A stretch of 46,911 bases of DNA from an uncultured Prolixibacteraceae bacterium (GTDB lineage Bacteria > Bacteroidota > Bacteroidia > Bacteroidales > Prolixibacteraceae): the NCBI GenBank assembly GCA_964584045.1, contig CAZOYZ010000002.1, positions 1 through 46,911 on the forward strand, read 5' to 3'. The number at the start of each line of letters is the position of its first letter. Within the stretch, counting starts at the first letter, position 1. Below the pieces are notes generated by a model. It worked only from the letters and a program-made list of their open reading frames with translations, ran no database searches and was not told the DNA's origin. The position numbers were made by a program, and so were the translations under genes. Below are positions 37,667 to 46,911 of this stretch, one piece after another.

Positions 37667-37700
37667 GCGTTCAGTCTGGAATTTGAAATTTATCGTCATT

Positions 37701-39692
37701 ATGGAACTGGGCTTTTTACAGGATATTCTTGTTATTTTTGCCCTGTCTTCGGTCGTGAATTTTCTTTTTACCAAGATCAGAGTACCTACGATTATTGGCT
37801 ATCTTGTGACAGGAGTCGTTACGGGTCCTTATTTTCTTGGGTTGGTAGGTTCACCTCATCAGATTGAGCTCATGGCCGAGATTGGTGTCGTTTTACTTAT
37901 GTTCACCATTGGTCTTGAGTTTTCCATTAACCATTTACTGAAAATCAGGAAGATCGTTTTTGCGGGTGGGATCATTCAACTGATTTTGACAGCCGGGACA
38001 GCAACGCTGATCGCACTATTTTACCAGCTGGACTGGAGAGGAGCGCTTTTTACAGGTTTCCTGGTGGCATTAAGCAGTACAGCAGTAGTGATGAAACTGT
38101 TGCAGGAACGATCGGAGGTCACGTCCAATTACGGACGTACTGTCTTTGGTATTCTTATTTTTCAGGACATAGTCGTCATTCCGATGCTGCTTTTTACGCC
38201 CCTTCTCGGGCATGGTGCTGAAGTGACTGATATCCACCATGAATTGCTGCTATTACTACTCAAAACAGTTTTTCTTGTGGGTCTGGTTTATGTGGGAAAC
38301 CGGTGGCTTATGCCAAAGGTGTTGAGTATGGTCGCCCATACGAAGAACCAGGAACTGTTTATGATGAGCATTTTCGTCATTTGCTTTTCAGTAGCCCTGC
38401 TTACCTCGGGGCTGGGAATATCACTTGCGTTCGGAGCGTTCCTGGCCGGTCTGATGATCTCGGAATCTGAATACAGTCATAATGCCTTTGGACAACTTTT
38501 ACCTTTTAAAGATACTTTTACGAGCTTTTTTTTCGTGAGCATCGGTATGCTGCTTGACCTGGGATTTATCGTAAAAAACCCTCTATTGGTTGTTTCGACC
38601 GTGCTGACGGTACTCCTCGTCAAGATCATTTTTGCCGGTGCAACCGCTTTTTTTCTGGGGCATACCCTGCGCGGGACTATCCTGATTGGTTTTGCCCTGT
38701 GCCAGGTGGGCGAGTTTTCTTTTATACTGGCGCAGTCCGGACTGCACTATAAGATCATTCCGGATAATTACTATCAGTTGTTCCTTGCGGTGGCGGTGCT
38801 CAGTATGACCGTGACACCATTATTGATGATGACCTCCAGAAGAGTTGCCGACCGGCTTTTAAAATACCCGTTGCCCAGGGTACTTGTAGAAGGACTGTTC
38901 CCTTTGCCTCATATCGATATTCCCGAATACCGGGAACATATCGTGTTTATAGGCAAGGATTCCCGATCGCTCAATCTTTCGGCGATGGCTCATCATCTTC
39001 GCTTGCCCTATGTGTCAATTGTTTTTGATCCGGGGATTGTAAAAAAGATGCAGGAGAAGGGCGAAACAGTCATTTACGGCGATGCGGTCAATGAACCCAT
39101 CCTCAGGAAAGCACACATTGAAACTGCCGGAGTGATCGTTGTTTCTGTCGGAAATCTGATCACGTCCATGGCTATTGTCGAGAAACTCCGTCATTTAAAT
39201 GCTCATGCTTTTATTATTGTTCGGACCAAACATGTATTTGATATTGAAGAAATATACAAGGCAGGAGCCGATCAGGTTATCCCGGAGGAATTTGAAACGG
39301 CCGTCAATCTGTTGGAACGGGTATTGAACAAACGCCTGGTGCCTCAACGTGAAATCAACATGATCATAGCTAATATAAGGGATGAACAGTACGGTATTTT
39401 CCGCAATAGCACAGACGACTCTTCCCAAATATTAAAGGAACTTCCCAACCTTGATGTGGTGGCCGTCAAGATCAGATCTGAATCTTTTGTTGCCGGAAAG
39501 ACCATCAAGGAGCTGGAATTCAGGAAGATATTCGGAGTTACGCTGGTCGCGATCCTCAGAAAAAATAAATTAATTGAACATCCGGATGCCAATTTCCGGT
39601 TGGAAGGGCAGGATATCGTTTACATCATGGGCCGCAGGGAACAGGTTGCCTTGGCAACTGATCAGATCGTGAATATGCCTTCTGTGGTTTAA
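37701..39692 (+). CDS. CPA2-family cation:proton antiporter with C-terminal RCK/TrkA domains
   Basis: The ATG at 37701 (MELGFLQDILVIF) begins the first TM helix. About 12 TM helices are followed by TrkA-N-like (HIVFIGKDS) and TrkA-C-like regions. The 37638 start lies inside the repeat/terminator region. Confidence 0.85.
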   Translation: MELGFLQDILVIFALSSVVNFLFTKIRVPTIIGYLVTGVVTGPYFLGLVGSPHQIELMAEIGVVLLMFTIGLEFSINHLLKIRKIVFAGGIIQLILTAGTATLIALFYQLDWRGALFTGFLVALSSTAVVMKLLQERSEVTSNYGRTVFGILIFQDIVVIPMLLFTPLLGHGAEVTDIHHELLLLLLKTVFLVGLVYVGNRWLMPKVLSMVAHTKNQELFMMSIFVICFSVALLTSGLGISLAFGAFLAGLMISESEYSHNAFGQLLPFKDTFTSFFFVSIGMLLDLGFIVKNPLLVVSTVLTVLLVKIIFAGATAFFLGHTLRGTILIGFALCQVGEFSFILAQSGLHYKIIPDNYYQLFLAVAVLSMTVTPLLMMTSRRVADRLLKYPLPRVLVEGLFPLPHIDIPEYREHIVFIGKDSRSLNLSAMAHHLRLPYVSIVFDPGIVKKMQEKGETVIYGDAVNEPILRKAHIETAGVIVVSVGNLITSMAIVEKLRHLNAHAFIIVRTKHVFDIEEIYKAGADQVIPEEFETAVNLLERVLNKRLVPQREINMIIANIRDEQYGIFRNSTDDSSQILKELPNLDVVAVKIRSESFVAGKTIKELEFRKIFGVTLVAILRKNKLIEHPDANFRLEGQDIVYIMGRREQVALATDQIVNMPSVV

Positions 39693-39767
39693 CCACTTAA
39701 GGTCATTTTTGCAGGCAGGCTAAACAACTGTTTTGCTTTTCTTGTTTTTCTTCCAAATTGCTCGCCT

Positions 39768-40898
39768 ATGAAAACGCTATTTTGGGGACTTGCAGTATTG
39801 TTCACCGTGGGTTGCGGGTCCCGCTCTTCCCGGCCCATCCAGCTTTCAACAGGAAAAACCGCAGGGGATGATACCCTTTTAAGTTGCTGCGCCGACCTGC
39901 CTTCCCGGTATCCGGGTGTTCTGCCCCGGGAAAGTGACCGCAGCGGAAGATCGGCGTCAACAGAGGGAATGGTGCTGATCCCGGCTGGTTCCTTCGTGAT
40001 GGGAGGAGATCGCATTTGGGGAAGGCCTGATGAGTTCCCGCTCCACAAGGTTGCCGTTTCAGCATATTATATTGACGAGCATGAGGTGACGAACAGGCAG
40101 TTCAGGGAATTTACAGAAGCTACCGGCTATATCACCACGGCCGAGCGAAAACCCACATGGGAAGAACTTAAGGAACAATTACCTCCGGGAACGCCAAAGC
40201 CTCCCGATGACGTACTGGTACCTGCCTCGCTGGTTTTCAGAAAGACGACGAAGCCTGTTCCGCTGAACGATCCGTCTGTCTGGTGGACATGGGTTCCGGG
40301 TGCCAGCTGGCGTCACCCCCTGGGGGAGGGAAGCTCCATCGACGATATGGACGATTTCCCTGTGGTACATGTGTCCTGGGAAGATGCCGCTGCCTATGCC
40401 CGTTGGGCCGGAAAGCGTTTGCCCACAGAGGCGGAATGGGAATTCGCAGCAAGGGGGGGAGTACAGAATGTGGTCTACCCCTGGGGAAATGAACAGATCC
40501 ATCAGGGAAAGCCGAAGGCAAATTCGTGGGATGGTCACTTCCCTGACCATAATACCGCACGCGACGGATATCCTGGTCTGGCACCGGTGAAAAAATATTC
40601 TCCCAACGGTTACGGGCTTTATGATATGGGCGGAAATGTCTGGGAATGGTGTGCCGACTGGTATCGGGCCGATTATTATGCGGATTGCGCGCAAAACAAC
40701 ATCACGCGGGACCCGCAGGGGCCGGAAACTTCCTGGGATCCCGACGAACCTTATGCCATGAAAAAAGTGACAAGGGGAGGATCATTCCTGTGTAATGACC
40801 TGTATTGTTCCGGGTTCCGTGTTTCTGCACGAATGAAAACAACCTGGGACACCAGCTTAAGCCATACCGGCTTTCGCTGTGTGGTCCCTGCCAACTGA
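39768..40898 (+). CDS. Formylglycine-generating-enzyme (SUMF1) family lipoprotein
   Basis: 376-aa ORF with a lipobox (LFTVGCGS) and FGE-fold motifs (IDEHEVTN.QF..F, HPVVHVSWEDA-like VVHVSWEDAAAYARWAGKRLPTEAEWEFAARGG, GNVWEW, RGGSFLC). Confidence 0.85.
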   Translation: MKTLFWGLAVLFTVGCGSRSSRPIQLSTGKTAGDDTLLSCCADLPSRYPGVLPRESDRSGRSASTEGMVLIPAGSFVMGGDRIWGRPDEFPLHKVAVSAYYIDEHEVTNRQFREFTEATGYITTAERKPTWEELKEQLPPGTPKPPDDVLVPASLVFRKTTKPVPLNDPSVWWTWVPGASWRHPLGEGSSIDDMDDFPVVHVSWEDAAAYARWAGKRLPTEAEWEFAARGGVQNVVYPWGNEQIHQGKPKANSWDGHFPDHNTARDGYPGLAPVKKYSPNGYGLYDMGGNVWEWCADWYRADYYADCAQNNITRDPQGPETSWDPDEPYAMKKVTRGGSFLCNDLYCSGFRVSARMKTTWDTSLSHTGFRCVVPAN

Positions 40899-40919
40899 AA
40901 GACACAGGTATGCTTACGA

Positions 40920-41615
40920 CTATATAATCAGCTTATAGCCTTTTCCATGAACATTGATGATCTCGACCGAAGGCTCGTCTTTCAGATGTTTTCGTAACTT
41001 GGTGATGTATACATCCATGCTCCTGGCATTAAAGTAGTTATCGTCGATCCAAATAGTTTTTAAGGCAAAATTGCGTTCCAGGACTTTGTTGGCATTATTA
41101 CAGAGCAGGCGGAGTAATTCTGACTCTTTCGTCGTCAGCTTCACCGGTTCGTCTTCACCTTCGTTCATGAGGATCTGTTTTCGCGGGTCGAACGTGTAAC
41201 GGCCTAATTTGTAGAGGGCTTGTTCGGGAGCCTTTCCCTCCTGACTGGTTCTTCGCAGGATCGCCTCGATCCTGAAGATCAGCTCTTCCATGCTGAACGG
41301 TTTTGTGATGTAATCGTCAGCTCCGATCTTGAATCCCTCCAAAACATCCTCCTTCAGATTTTTTGCCGTCAGAAAGATAATCGGTATTTCCTGATTGATG
41401 AGCCGGATGTCGCGCGCAAGGCTGATCCCGTCTTTTCTTGGCATCATGATGTCAAGGATACAAAGGTGGTATTCATGTTTTTTAAATCCGGCGTAAGCTA
41501 CCTCGCCATCCCCGTAGAGGTCCGTATTATATCCTTTTGCGATTAGGTATTCCTTCAGTAAAAGCCCCAGATTCTCATCATCCTCGGCCAATAAAAGTTT
41601 TGCTTTTGTTTCCAT
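40920..41615 (-). CDS. OmpR-family response regulator
   Basis: 231-aa ORF with a receiver domain (LLAEDD, CILDIMMP, DDYITKPF) and a winged-helix output (LTTKESELL...VHGKGYKL). Confidence 0.9.
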   Translation of the reverse strand: METKAKLLLAEDDENLGLLLKEYLIAKGYNTDLYGDGEVAYAGFKKHEYHLCILDIMMPRKDGISLARDIRLINQEIPIIFLTAKNLKEDVLEGFKIGADDYITKPFSMEELIFRIEAILRRTSQEGKAPEQALYKLGRYTFDPRKQILMNEGEDEPVKLTTKESELLRLLCNNANKVLERNFALKTIWIDDNYFNARSMDVYITKLRKHLKDEPSVEIINVHGKGYKLII

Positions 41616-41620
41616 TTTGG

Positions 41621-43198
41621 TTACGTTATATTGAGAGGGAAATAAATAACAAATTTCGTTCCTTTATTCAGGACACTCTCCGCCTTTATTTTGCCTTGGT
41701 GGGATTCAACAATTTTTTTTACATAACTCAAACCCAGTCCGAAGCCTTTAACGTCGTGAACATTCCCCGTCGGAACGCGGAAGAAACGTTCAAAGATCTG
41801 ATCCAAATGCTCTTTGGCAATACCGATCCCGTTATCTTTGACCGATATCAGTAGCTGGCCGTTTTTATTTTCAGTTCTGATCGTTATTTCAGGTTTTTCG
41901 TGGCTGTATTTGACCGCATTGTCAAATAAGTTGAAAATGACATTCGTCAGGTGTACTTCATCTCCTTTGATCAGATCGTTTTCGGCCAGAAGTTCCGATT
42001 CGAGCCTGCCATCTTTATTTTTCACGCGCAGTTCAAAGTTATGAATAACATTATGAATAAGTTCATGAAAATGAAACTCTTTAAATTTTAGTTTCAGACG
42101 GCCTTCATTGAACACGGCCATCTGAAGGACTTTTTCCACCTGAAAGCTCAACCGTTTACTTTCCTGTAAGATGATGCTGGAGATATGTTCTGTTACTTTA
42201 GGCGAATTGGAGATGCTGTTATCATGGAGCATCTGGCTGGCCAGGGAAATGGTCGATATCGGCGTTTTCAGCTCGTGGGTCATGTTGTTGATGAAGTCAT
42301 TCTTAATCGTTGACAACTTCTTTTGCTTCAGGATGATCATGATCGTGTAAGTAAAAATGGCAATCAGCAGACCTGTCAGGATCATCGTGGGAATGACCAT
42401 GATGCCGGTTTCTTTCAACAGGTAAGTATCCCTTTTGGGAAAATAGACACGGAGATAATCGCCTTTCGGATCGAAGTCGCGGGGAAACAAAGGTTCCCGG
42501 TATTCCTTCCGGTTGTCGGGATTGTAGGTTTTACTGCCAAAAATCATTTGCTCTGACCCCTGAGGGTAGGTTTTAACGGCGTACTTAAAATCCAGATCGA
42601 TGTTGCCGTTCCGGAATTCGGCCCTCAGGAGACGTTCAAGTTGCTGTTGACTGATCCTCTCCTTCAAAGGAAGTTGAGACATCAGCCTCCGGTTTTGGGC
42701 GATCCGGAAATAGTCTGCCTGATCCTGCATCCTCTGTTCAAATTGCTGTGCAATGTAATTATCCTGCTCATGCATAAGGTCAAAAGCATTTGGAAAATCG
42801 CCGGGGTGACCCCGTTCCGTGCTCTCAATCTTCATACTGCCCGAATACTGGATCAGTTCCTCACTTCCGTATACCGACGAACTGCTGCGTTGCGAAAAGC
42901 GAAATGAAATACTGACGTCCTGGGATTGCGGCCGGATCAGATTATCCCCGCTCCCGCCAATGTTGGGGAAAAATCCCCCCTGCTTTTTTGCAGACTGCGT
43001 GGCACCGGTTAGAATTCGTAAAGTTTCGTCACTTTCCAATCGTTCGATCACCCTTTTCAGCACACGTGTAACTGTCTGATCAAACTGTTCTTCCCTGATC
43101 TCAAACGCCTTTTTCAGGGAATTGGTTTGGACCAGGATCAGACTGGTCATAACCAGCACCATAAAGACGATCAATGTCACAATTACCTTCCTGTTCAT
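41621..43198 (-). CDS. Sensor histidine kinase
   Basis: The start at 43198 (MNRKVIVTLIVFMVLV) precedes two TM helices, H-box NNMTHELKTP, N-box LFDNAVKY, and DNGIGI and GFGLGLSY motifs. It lies 5 nt upstream of the regulator. Confidence 0.85.
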   Translation of the reverse strand: MNRKVIVTLIVFMVLVMTSLILVQTNSLKKAFEIREEQFDQTVTRVLKRVIERLESDETLRILTGATQSAKKQGGFFPNIGGSGDNLIRPQSQDVSISFRFSQRSSSSVYGSEELIQYSGSMKIESTERGHPGDFPNAFDLMHEQDNYIAQQFEQRMQDQADYFRIAQNRRLMSQLPLKERISQQQLERLLRAEFRNGNIDLDFKYAVKTYPQGSEQMIFGSKTYNPDNRKEYREPLFPRDFDPKGDYLRVYFPKRDTYLLKETGIMVIPTMILTGLLIAIFTYTIMIILKQKKLSTIKNDFINNMTHELKTPISTISLASQMLHDNSISNSPKVTEHISSIILQESKRLSFQVEKVLQMAVFNEGRLKLKFKEFHFHELIHNVIHNFELRVKNKDGRLESELLAENDLIKGDEVHLTNVIFNLFDNAVKYSHEKPEITIRTENKNGQLLISVKDNGIGIAKEHLDQIFERFFRVPTGNVHDVKGFGLGLSYVKKIVESHQGKIKAESVLNKGTKFVIYFPLNIT

Positions 43199-43373
43199 AG
43201 TGCAAAGATAACCTTTAACAAACACCGTAATTCAGGACTTAACAATCTTTAACACTGGACAATAAATTGCCAAATTGTCAAACTGATCATGAAATCATTT
43301 AACATGGATGGTTCTTCCGCCCGGTAATACCCGGGCAAGCCTGGCATGACGCTCAGACTCGTTGCTCCCTGCA

Positions 43374-44117
43374 CTAAAACGTTTCCGGAGAGGTTTTCCG
43401 GAGTGTTTCAATCACCCGCTGAGAGGCATTTTGCTGGGCTTCTTTTTTCGACGAACCTTTACCTTGTCCAGTGATTTCATCATCGATGGTAATGACCGAA
43501 ATAAAATTAGGCTGACGGTCACTCTGATGATGTTCCGTGGTTTCAAAATTAATTTCTTTTTTATTTTTCTGGCTCCATTCGATCAACTGGCTCTTGTAAT
43601 TGGTATTGATGAATTGGATCGCTCTTAAGTCAACATACCTGAGCAGAAGCTTTTTCGTGATGAATTGCCGGGTCACCTGGTATCCTTTGTCCAGATAGAG
43701 AGCGCCGATGATTGCTTCAAGGGCATCACCATAGATATGACTGTTCTCAAGCGTATTGTTCGTATTTGACTTGATATAGTTGTTCAGGCCTGTCTGGTAG
43801 GTGAGTTCGGTCAAAAAACTGCGGTTCACCAGCTTTGAACGCATTTGGGTGAGAAAGCCTTCATCCTGGTTAGGAAAACGGTTGTACAGAAATTCTGCAA
43901 TTACTGCTCCCAGGATAGCATCTCCCAGATATTCAAGCCGTTCATTATTCACCCAGTTCTTTTGTGAATCCAGTTTGGATGCAGACCGGTGGATGACCGC
44001 CGTTTCGTATAGCTGCAGGTTGGACGGTGGAAATCCGAATAATGATTTAAGAAATAAATAAAACTCTTTTCCGGGAGTAGAAAAGAGCTTTATTTGTTGA
44101 ACAATTGTTCTTATCAC
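43374..44117 (-). CDS. rnc: Ribonuclease III
   Basis: 247-aa ORF with the RNase III signature (NERLEYLGDAILG) and a C-terminal dsRBD (GKGSSKKEAQQNASQ). It overlaps fabF by 4 nt. Confidence 0.93.
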   Translation of the reverse strand: MIRTIVQQIKLFSTPGKEFYLFLKSLFGFPPSNLQLYETAVIHRSASKLDSQKNWVNNERLEYLGDAILGAVIAEFLYNRFPNQDEGFLTQMRSKLVNRSFLTELTYQTGLNNYIKSNTNNTLENSHIYGDALEAIIGALYLDKGYQVTRQFITKKLLLRYVDLRAIQFINTNYKSQLIEWSQKNKKEINFETTEHHQSDRQPNFISVITIDDEITGQGKGSSKKEAQQNASQRVIETLRKTSPETF

Positions 44118-45361
44118 ATTTGATATTTCTTGAAAATTACTGATGCATTATGACCTCCAAAACCAAACGTGTTACTTAGCGCGTAACGGATATCCCGTTT
44201 TTTGGCCACGTTAAAGGTGAAATCAAGTTTATTGTCAATCTCGGGATCGTCAGTAAAATGATTAATTGTGGGAGGAATAATCCCGTGTCGGAGGGCCAGT
44301 ACAGAGGCGATACCTTCTATGGCACCGGCTGCCCCTAACAAATGGCCGGTCATTGATTTTGTAGAACTAATGCTAAGCTTATAGGCGTGATCGCCAAAAT
44401 AGTTTAAAATTGCTTTCGGTTCAGCAATATCTCCCAGGGGAGTAGAAGTTCCGTGTACATTGATGTAGTCAATGTCGTTTGGTGTTATACCGGCGTCTTC
44501 AACCGCCCATTTCATCACCAGAGTAGCACCCCTGCCATTAGGATCGGGAGCCGTCATATGGTAGGCATCAGCCGACATTCCTCCGCCTGCGATTTCGGCA
44601 TAGATCTTTGCTCCACGGGCAAGGGCATGTTCGTATTCTTCAAAAATCATTGCGCCTGAACCTTCTCCCATTACAAAACCATCCCGGTCTTTATCGAACG
44701 GGCGGGAGGCCGTTGCGGGGTCATCATTCCGGGTCGAAAGCGCCCGCATGGAATTGAACCCACACAAACCCGCTTCGTTAATGGCAGCCTCCGATCCCCC
44801 TGTAATAAAGAGATCTGCTTTCCCTAAACGAATCATATTAAATGCTTCGATCATGGCATGAGTGGAAGATGCGCAAGCTGATACGGTAGTGAAATTTGGT
44901 CCTTTGAAGCCAAAGCGAACGGAAACTAAGCCACCCGCAATATTGGCAATCATTTTAGGAATAAAGAAAGGATTAAATTTGGGACGGGCAAGATCGTAGT
45001 CCCTTACTTCCTCGTAGAAAGTCTGAAGACCACCAATCCCTGCACCCCAAATTACTCCGGCACGTTCTTTATCGATTTTTTCCAGATCAAGACCCGAATC
45101 ATCAATAGCCTGCTGTGCCGTTGCAAATGCATATAAAGTAAAGAGGTCGTTTTTACGCACCTCTTTCTTTTCCACATAAAGCGTTGGATCAAAATTCTTT
45201 ACTTCACATGCAAATTGAGTCTTGTGAAGCGCGATATTCATCTTTGTGATGGTTCCCGCTCCGCTGACTCCATTTTTTAGCCCTTCCCAATATTCCTGAA
45301 TAGAATTACCAAGCGGATTGATGGTTCCCAGTCCGGTAATAACTACCCGTTTAAATTCCAT
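44114..45361 (-). CDS. fabF: Beta-ketoacyl-ACP synthase II
   Basis: The start at 45361 (MEFKRVVITGLG) precedes the active-site Cys (SACASS), HGTSTPLGD and GFGGHNAS. The longer ORF (to 45475) would overlap acpP. Confidence 0.95.
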   Translation of the reverse strand: MEFKRVVITGLGTINPLGNSIQEYWEGLKNGVSGAGTITKMNIALHKTQFACEVKNFDPTLYVEKKEVRKNDLFTLYAFATAQQAIDDSGLDLEKIDKERAGVIWGAGIGGLQTFYEEVRDYDLARPKFNPFFIPKMIANIAGGLVSVRFGFKGPNFTTVSACASSTHAMIEAFNMIRLGKADLFITGGSEAAINEAGLCGFNSMRALSTRNDDPATASRPFDKDRDGFVMGEGSGAMIFEEYEHALARGAKIYAEIAGGGMSADAYHMTAPDPNGRGATLVMKWAVEDAGITPNDIDYINVHGTSTPLGDIAEPKAILNYFGDHAYKLSISSTKSMTGHLLGAAGAIEGIASVLALRHGIIPPTINHFTDDPEIDNKLDFTFNVAKKRDIRYALSNTFGFGGHNASVIFKKYQM

Positions 45362-45374
45362 AAACTCTGATTTA

Positions 45375-45614
45375 TTACTTTTTGATGTTTGCTTCGATGT
45401 GAGCGATCGCTTCCCCAACGGTTGAAATCTTTTCGGCCTGGTCGTCAGGAATTGCCAAATCGAATTCTTTTTCAAATTCCATGATCAGTTCGACCGTGTC
45501 CAGTGAATCTGCACCAAGATCATTTGTAAAAGAAGCTTCATTGGTCACTTCGCTTTCGTCAACACCTAATTTGTCGACAATAATTGCTTTCACTTTTGCT
45601 GCAACGTCAGACAT
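45375..45614 (-). CDS. acpP: Acyl carrier protein
   Basis: 79-aa ORF with the phosphopantetheine attachment motif [11 protein letters not shown]. Confidence 0.95.
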   Translation of the reverse strand: MSDVAAKVKAIIVDKLGVDESEVTNEASFTNDLGADSLDTVELIMEFEKEFDLAIPDDQAEKISTVGEAIAHIEANIKK

Positions 45615-45805
45615 AGTTCTAATTTTAAGTTAATATTCAATTTTATTTTTTAAAAAATCCGGTGCAAAGTAATAAATTTACCCAAAATATTTCAAAGAAT
45701 TTTTGAAATAAATAGTAGTTTCGGGTATTCGACCTCTTTAGAGAGGTACTATAATTGAACAGAAAAGTCTAAAATTCAAACTTTTACACGATAAAGGGGA
45801 CAATT

Positions 45806-46387
45806 ATGAAGAGGATAGCGATATTTGCCTCTGGATCAGGCACTAACGCTCAAAATATTATTGAATATTTCAAAAATAGCAGGAATATTATCGTCGATTC
45901 GCTTTGGTCGAACAACGAGAATGCATATGCCCTGATCAGGGCAGAGAAGCTGGGTATAGAGACCTTTACTTTTGGCAGGGATGAATTATACCGGAGCATT
46001 GAAGTACTGGAAACGCTTAGTGAGCGTAAGATCGATATGATCGTCCTTGCAGGATTTTTATGGTTACTGCCTCATAATCTGACGGAGGAATTTGTCGTGA
46101 TCAACATTCATCCGGCTCTTTTACCGAAGTACGGTGGTAAGGGAATGTACGGGAACTATGTCCATGAAGCCGTGATCCGCAATAAGGAAAAAGAGAGCGG
46201 TATTTCCGTTCATTACGTGAACGAGCGGTATGATGCAGGGGATATTATTTTCCAGGCTAAATGTGCGGTCAATCCCGGAGATGACCCCCGGACGCTGGCT
46301 GAAAAAGTTCACAAGCTGGAGTATGAACATTATCCCAGGGTCATTGAAGAATTATTAACAAAGGAAGAACCGGAACCGGAATATTGA
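45806..46387 (+). CDS. purN: Phosphoribosylglycinamide formyltransferase
   Basis: 193-aa ORF with IAIFASGSGTNAQ, NIHPALLPKYGG and SGISVHYV motifs. Confidence 0.93.
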   Translation: MKRIAIFASGSGTNAQNIIEYFKNSRNIIVDSLWSNNENAYALIRAEKLGIETFTFGRDELYRSIEVLETLSERKIDMIVLAGFLWLLPHNLTEEFVVINIHPALLPKYGGKGMYGNYVHEAVIRNKEKESGISVHYVNERYDAGDIIFQAKCAVNPGDDPRTLAEKVHKLEYEHYPRVIEELLTKEEPEPEY

Positions 46388-46425
46388 TGTTGTGCGCCAA
46401 GGGTCTCGGGTAGAAAACGTATGGC

Positions 46426-46911
46426 TCAATACCCGCTGCCTGCGATTTCGATATTAATCTTCTGAAGTTCGTTTATCAGTGAGTCTTTTAGTTGTGTAAA
46501 TAAAGGAAGGTTTTCCTTTGAAACAGGTTTGCCGGGTTGGGACTTCACCTTGAGCGGATCTACGGGTGAACCGTTCTCAAAGATCCGGAAATCAAGGTGG
46601 GGACCTGTGGCAAGTCCGGTACTCCCCACGTAACCGATCAGTTGTCGCTGCTGTACCCGTACTCCGGGAGCAATTCCTTTGGCAAAGCCTTTCAGGTGCA
46701 TGTAACAGCTTGTGTATACCGAGTTGTGCCTGATGTACAGGTAATTGCCTCCTCCTCCGGCCTGGTATCCTTTACGGGTAATCACTCCTTCCCCGATCGA
46801 AACGACCGGAGTGCCGGAGGCGGCAGCATAATCGATCCCATGATGCGGCCGCCTGAACTTCAGCACCGGGTGTAACCGGCTGTGCGAAAAACGGGAGCTG
46901 ATCCGCGAAAA
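46426..46911 (-). CDS. M23-family metallopeptidase, C-terminal part (gene continues beyond the window)
   Basis: HHGIDYAA and GSTGLATGPHLDF motifs are present. The frame stays open upstream of the track start to the window edge (..ISSRFSHSRLHPV..), so the 5' end is missing. Confidence 0.8.
   Translation of the reverse strand, partial: FSRISSRFSHSRLHPVLKFRRPHHGIDYAAASGTPVVSIGEGVITRKGYQAGGGGNYLYIRHNSVYTSCYMHLKGFAKGIAPGVRVQQRQLIGYVGSTGLATGPHLDFRIFENGSPVDPLKVKSQPGKPVSKENLPLFTQLKDSLINELQKINIEIAGSGY

Noticed and set aside
37638-37700. ATG at 37638 as the start of the CPA2 antiporter.
   Set aside because: These 21 codons lie in the repeat/terminator block after lepA (including the T7 run), and the first TM helix starts at the Met at 37701.
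43258-43279. GACAAT-N10-ATTGTC inverted repeat upstream of the second histidine-kinase operon as an autoregulatory operator.
   Set aside because: It is only 6 bp, AT-rich, and expected by chance in this region. OmpR-family regulators usually recognise direct repeats.
45362-45475. Upstream extension of the fabF ORF ([10 protein letters not shown]...), which would overlap acpP by about 100 nt.
   Set aside because: KAS II proteins begin at the MEFKRVVITGLG-type sequence found at 45361, and the extension has no homology-like features.

Overview
About 47 kb of what looks like ordinary core chromosome from a Bacteroidota bacterium. Supporting signs are a FeoA-FeoB fusion, TAnnTTTG -7 promoter motifs, many lipoproteins, the EBP-lptE-secG and rnc-fabF-acpP neighbourhoods, and no Shine-Dalgarno dependence. 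I call 42 protein-coding genes, one running off the right edge. Most are housekeeping: feoB, gpmI, kdsB, secG, groES/groEL, lepA, rnc, fabF, acpP, purN. There are also two OmpR-type two-component systems, a receiver-less sigma-54 activator, and AraC, GntR and LytTR regulators. I found no tRNA, rRNA, CRISPR array, transposase, integrase or recognisable defence genes. Five things seem worth a second look. (1) An AraC-linked cluster at 14.7-24.2 kb encodes almost only exported redox proteins: DUF6807/PmoA-like, ThuA-like, Tat-GFO, DUF2264-like, a GFO-like lipoprotein and a Tat-AKR. It could be an uncharacterised periplasmic glycoside-oxidation module. (2) A GC-rich, highly structured 174-nt leader lies in front of a spondin-like lipoprotein gene. 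(3) A 268-nt convergent intergenic region contains long nested helices. (4) A dispersed family of heptamer-periodic inverted-repeat elements has a 31/32-nt identical core at two loci, and related short tandem arrays abut gene ends. (5) Several small modules of unknown function occur: a membrane LytTR regulator plus a secreted protein, a DUF6452/DUF6048-like pair overlapping by 50 nt, and a GntR-slipin pair. Family names come from motif recognition by eye and need HMM or BLAST confirmation.
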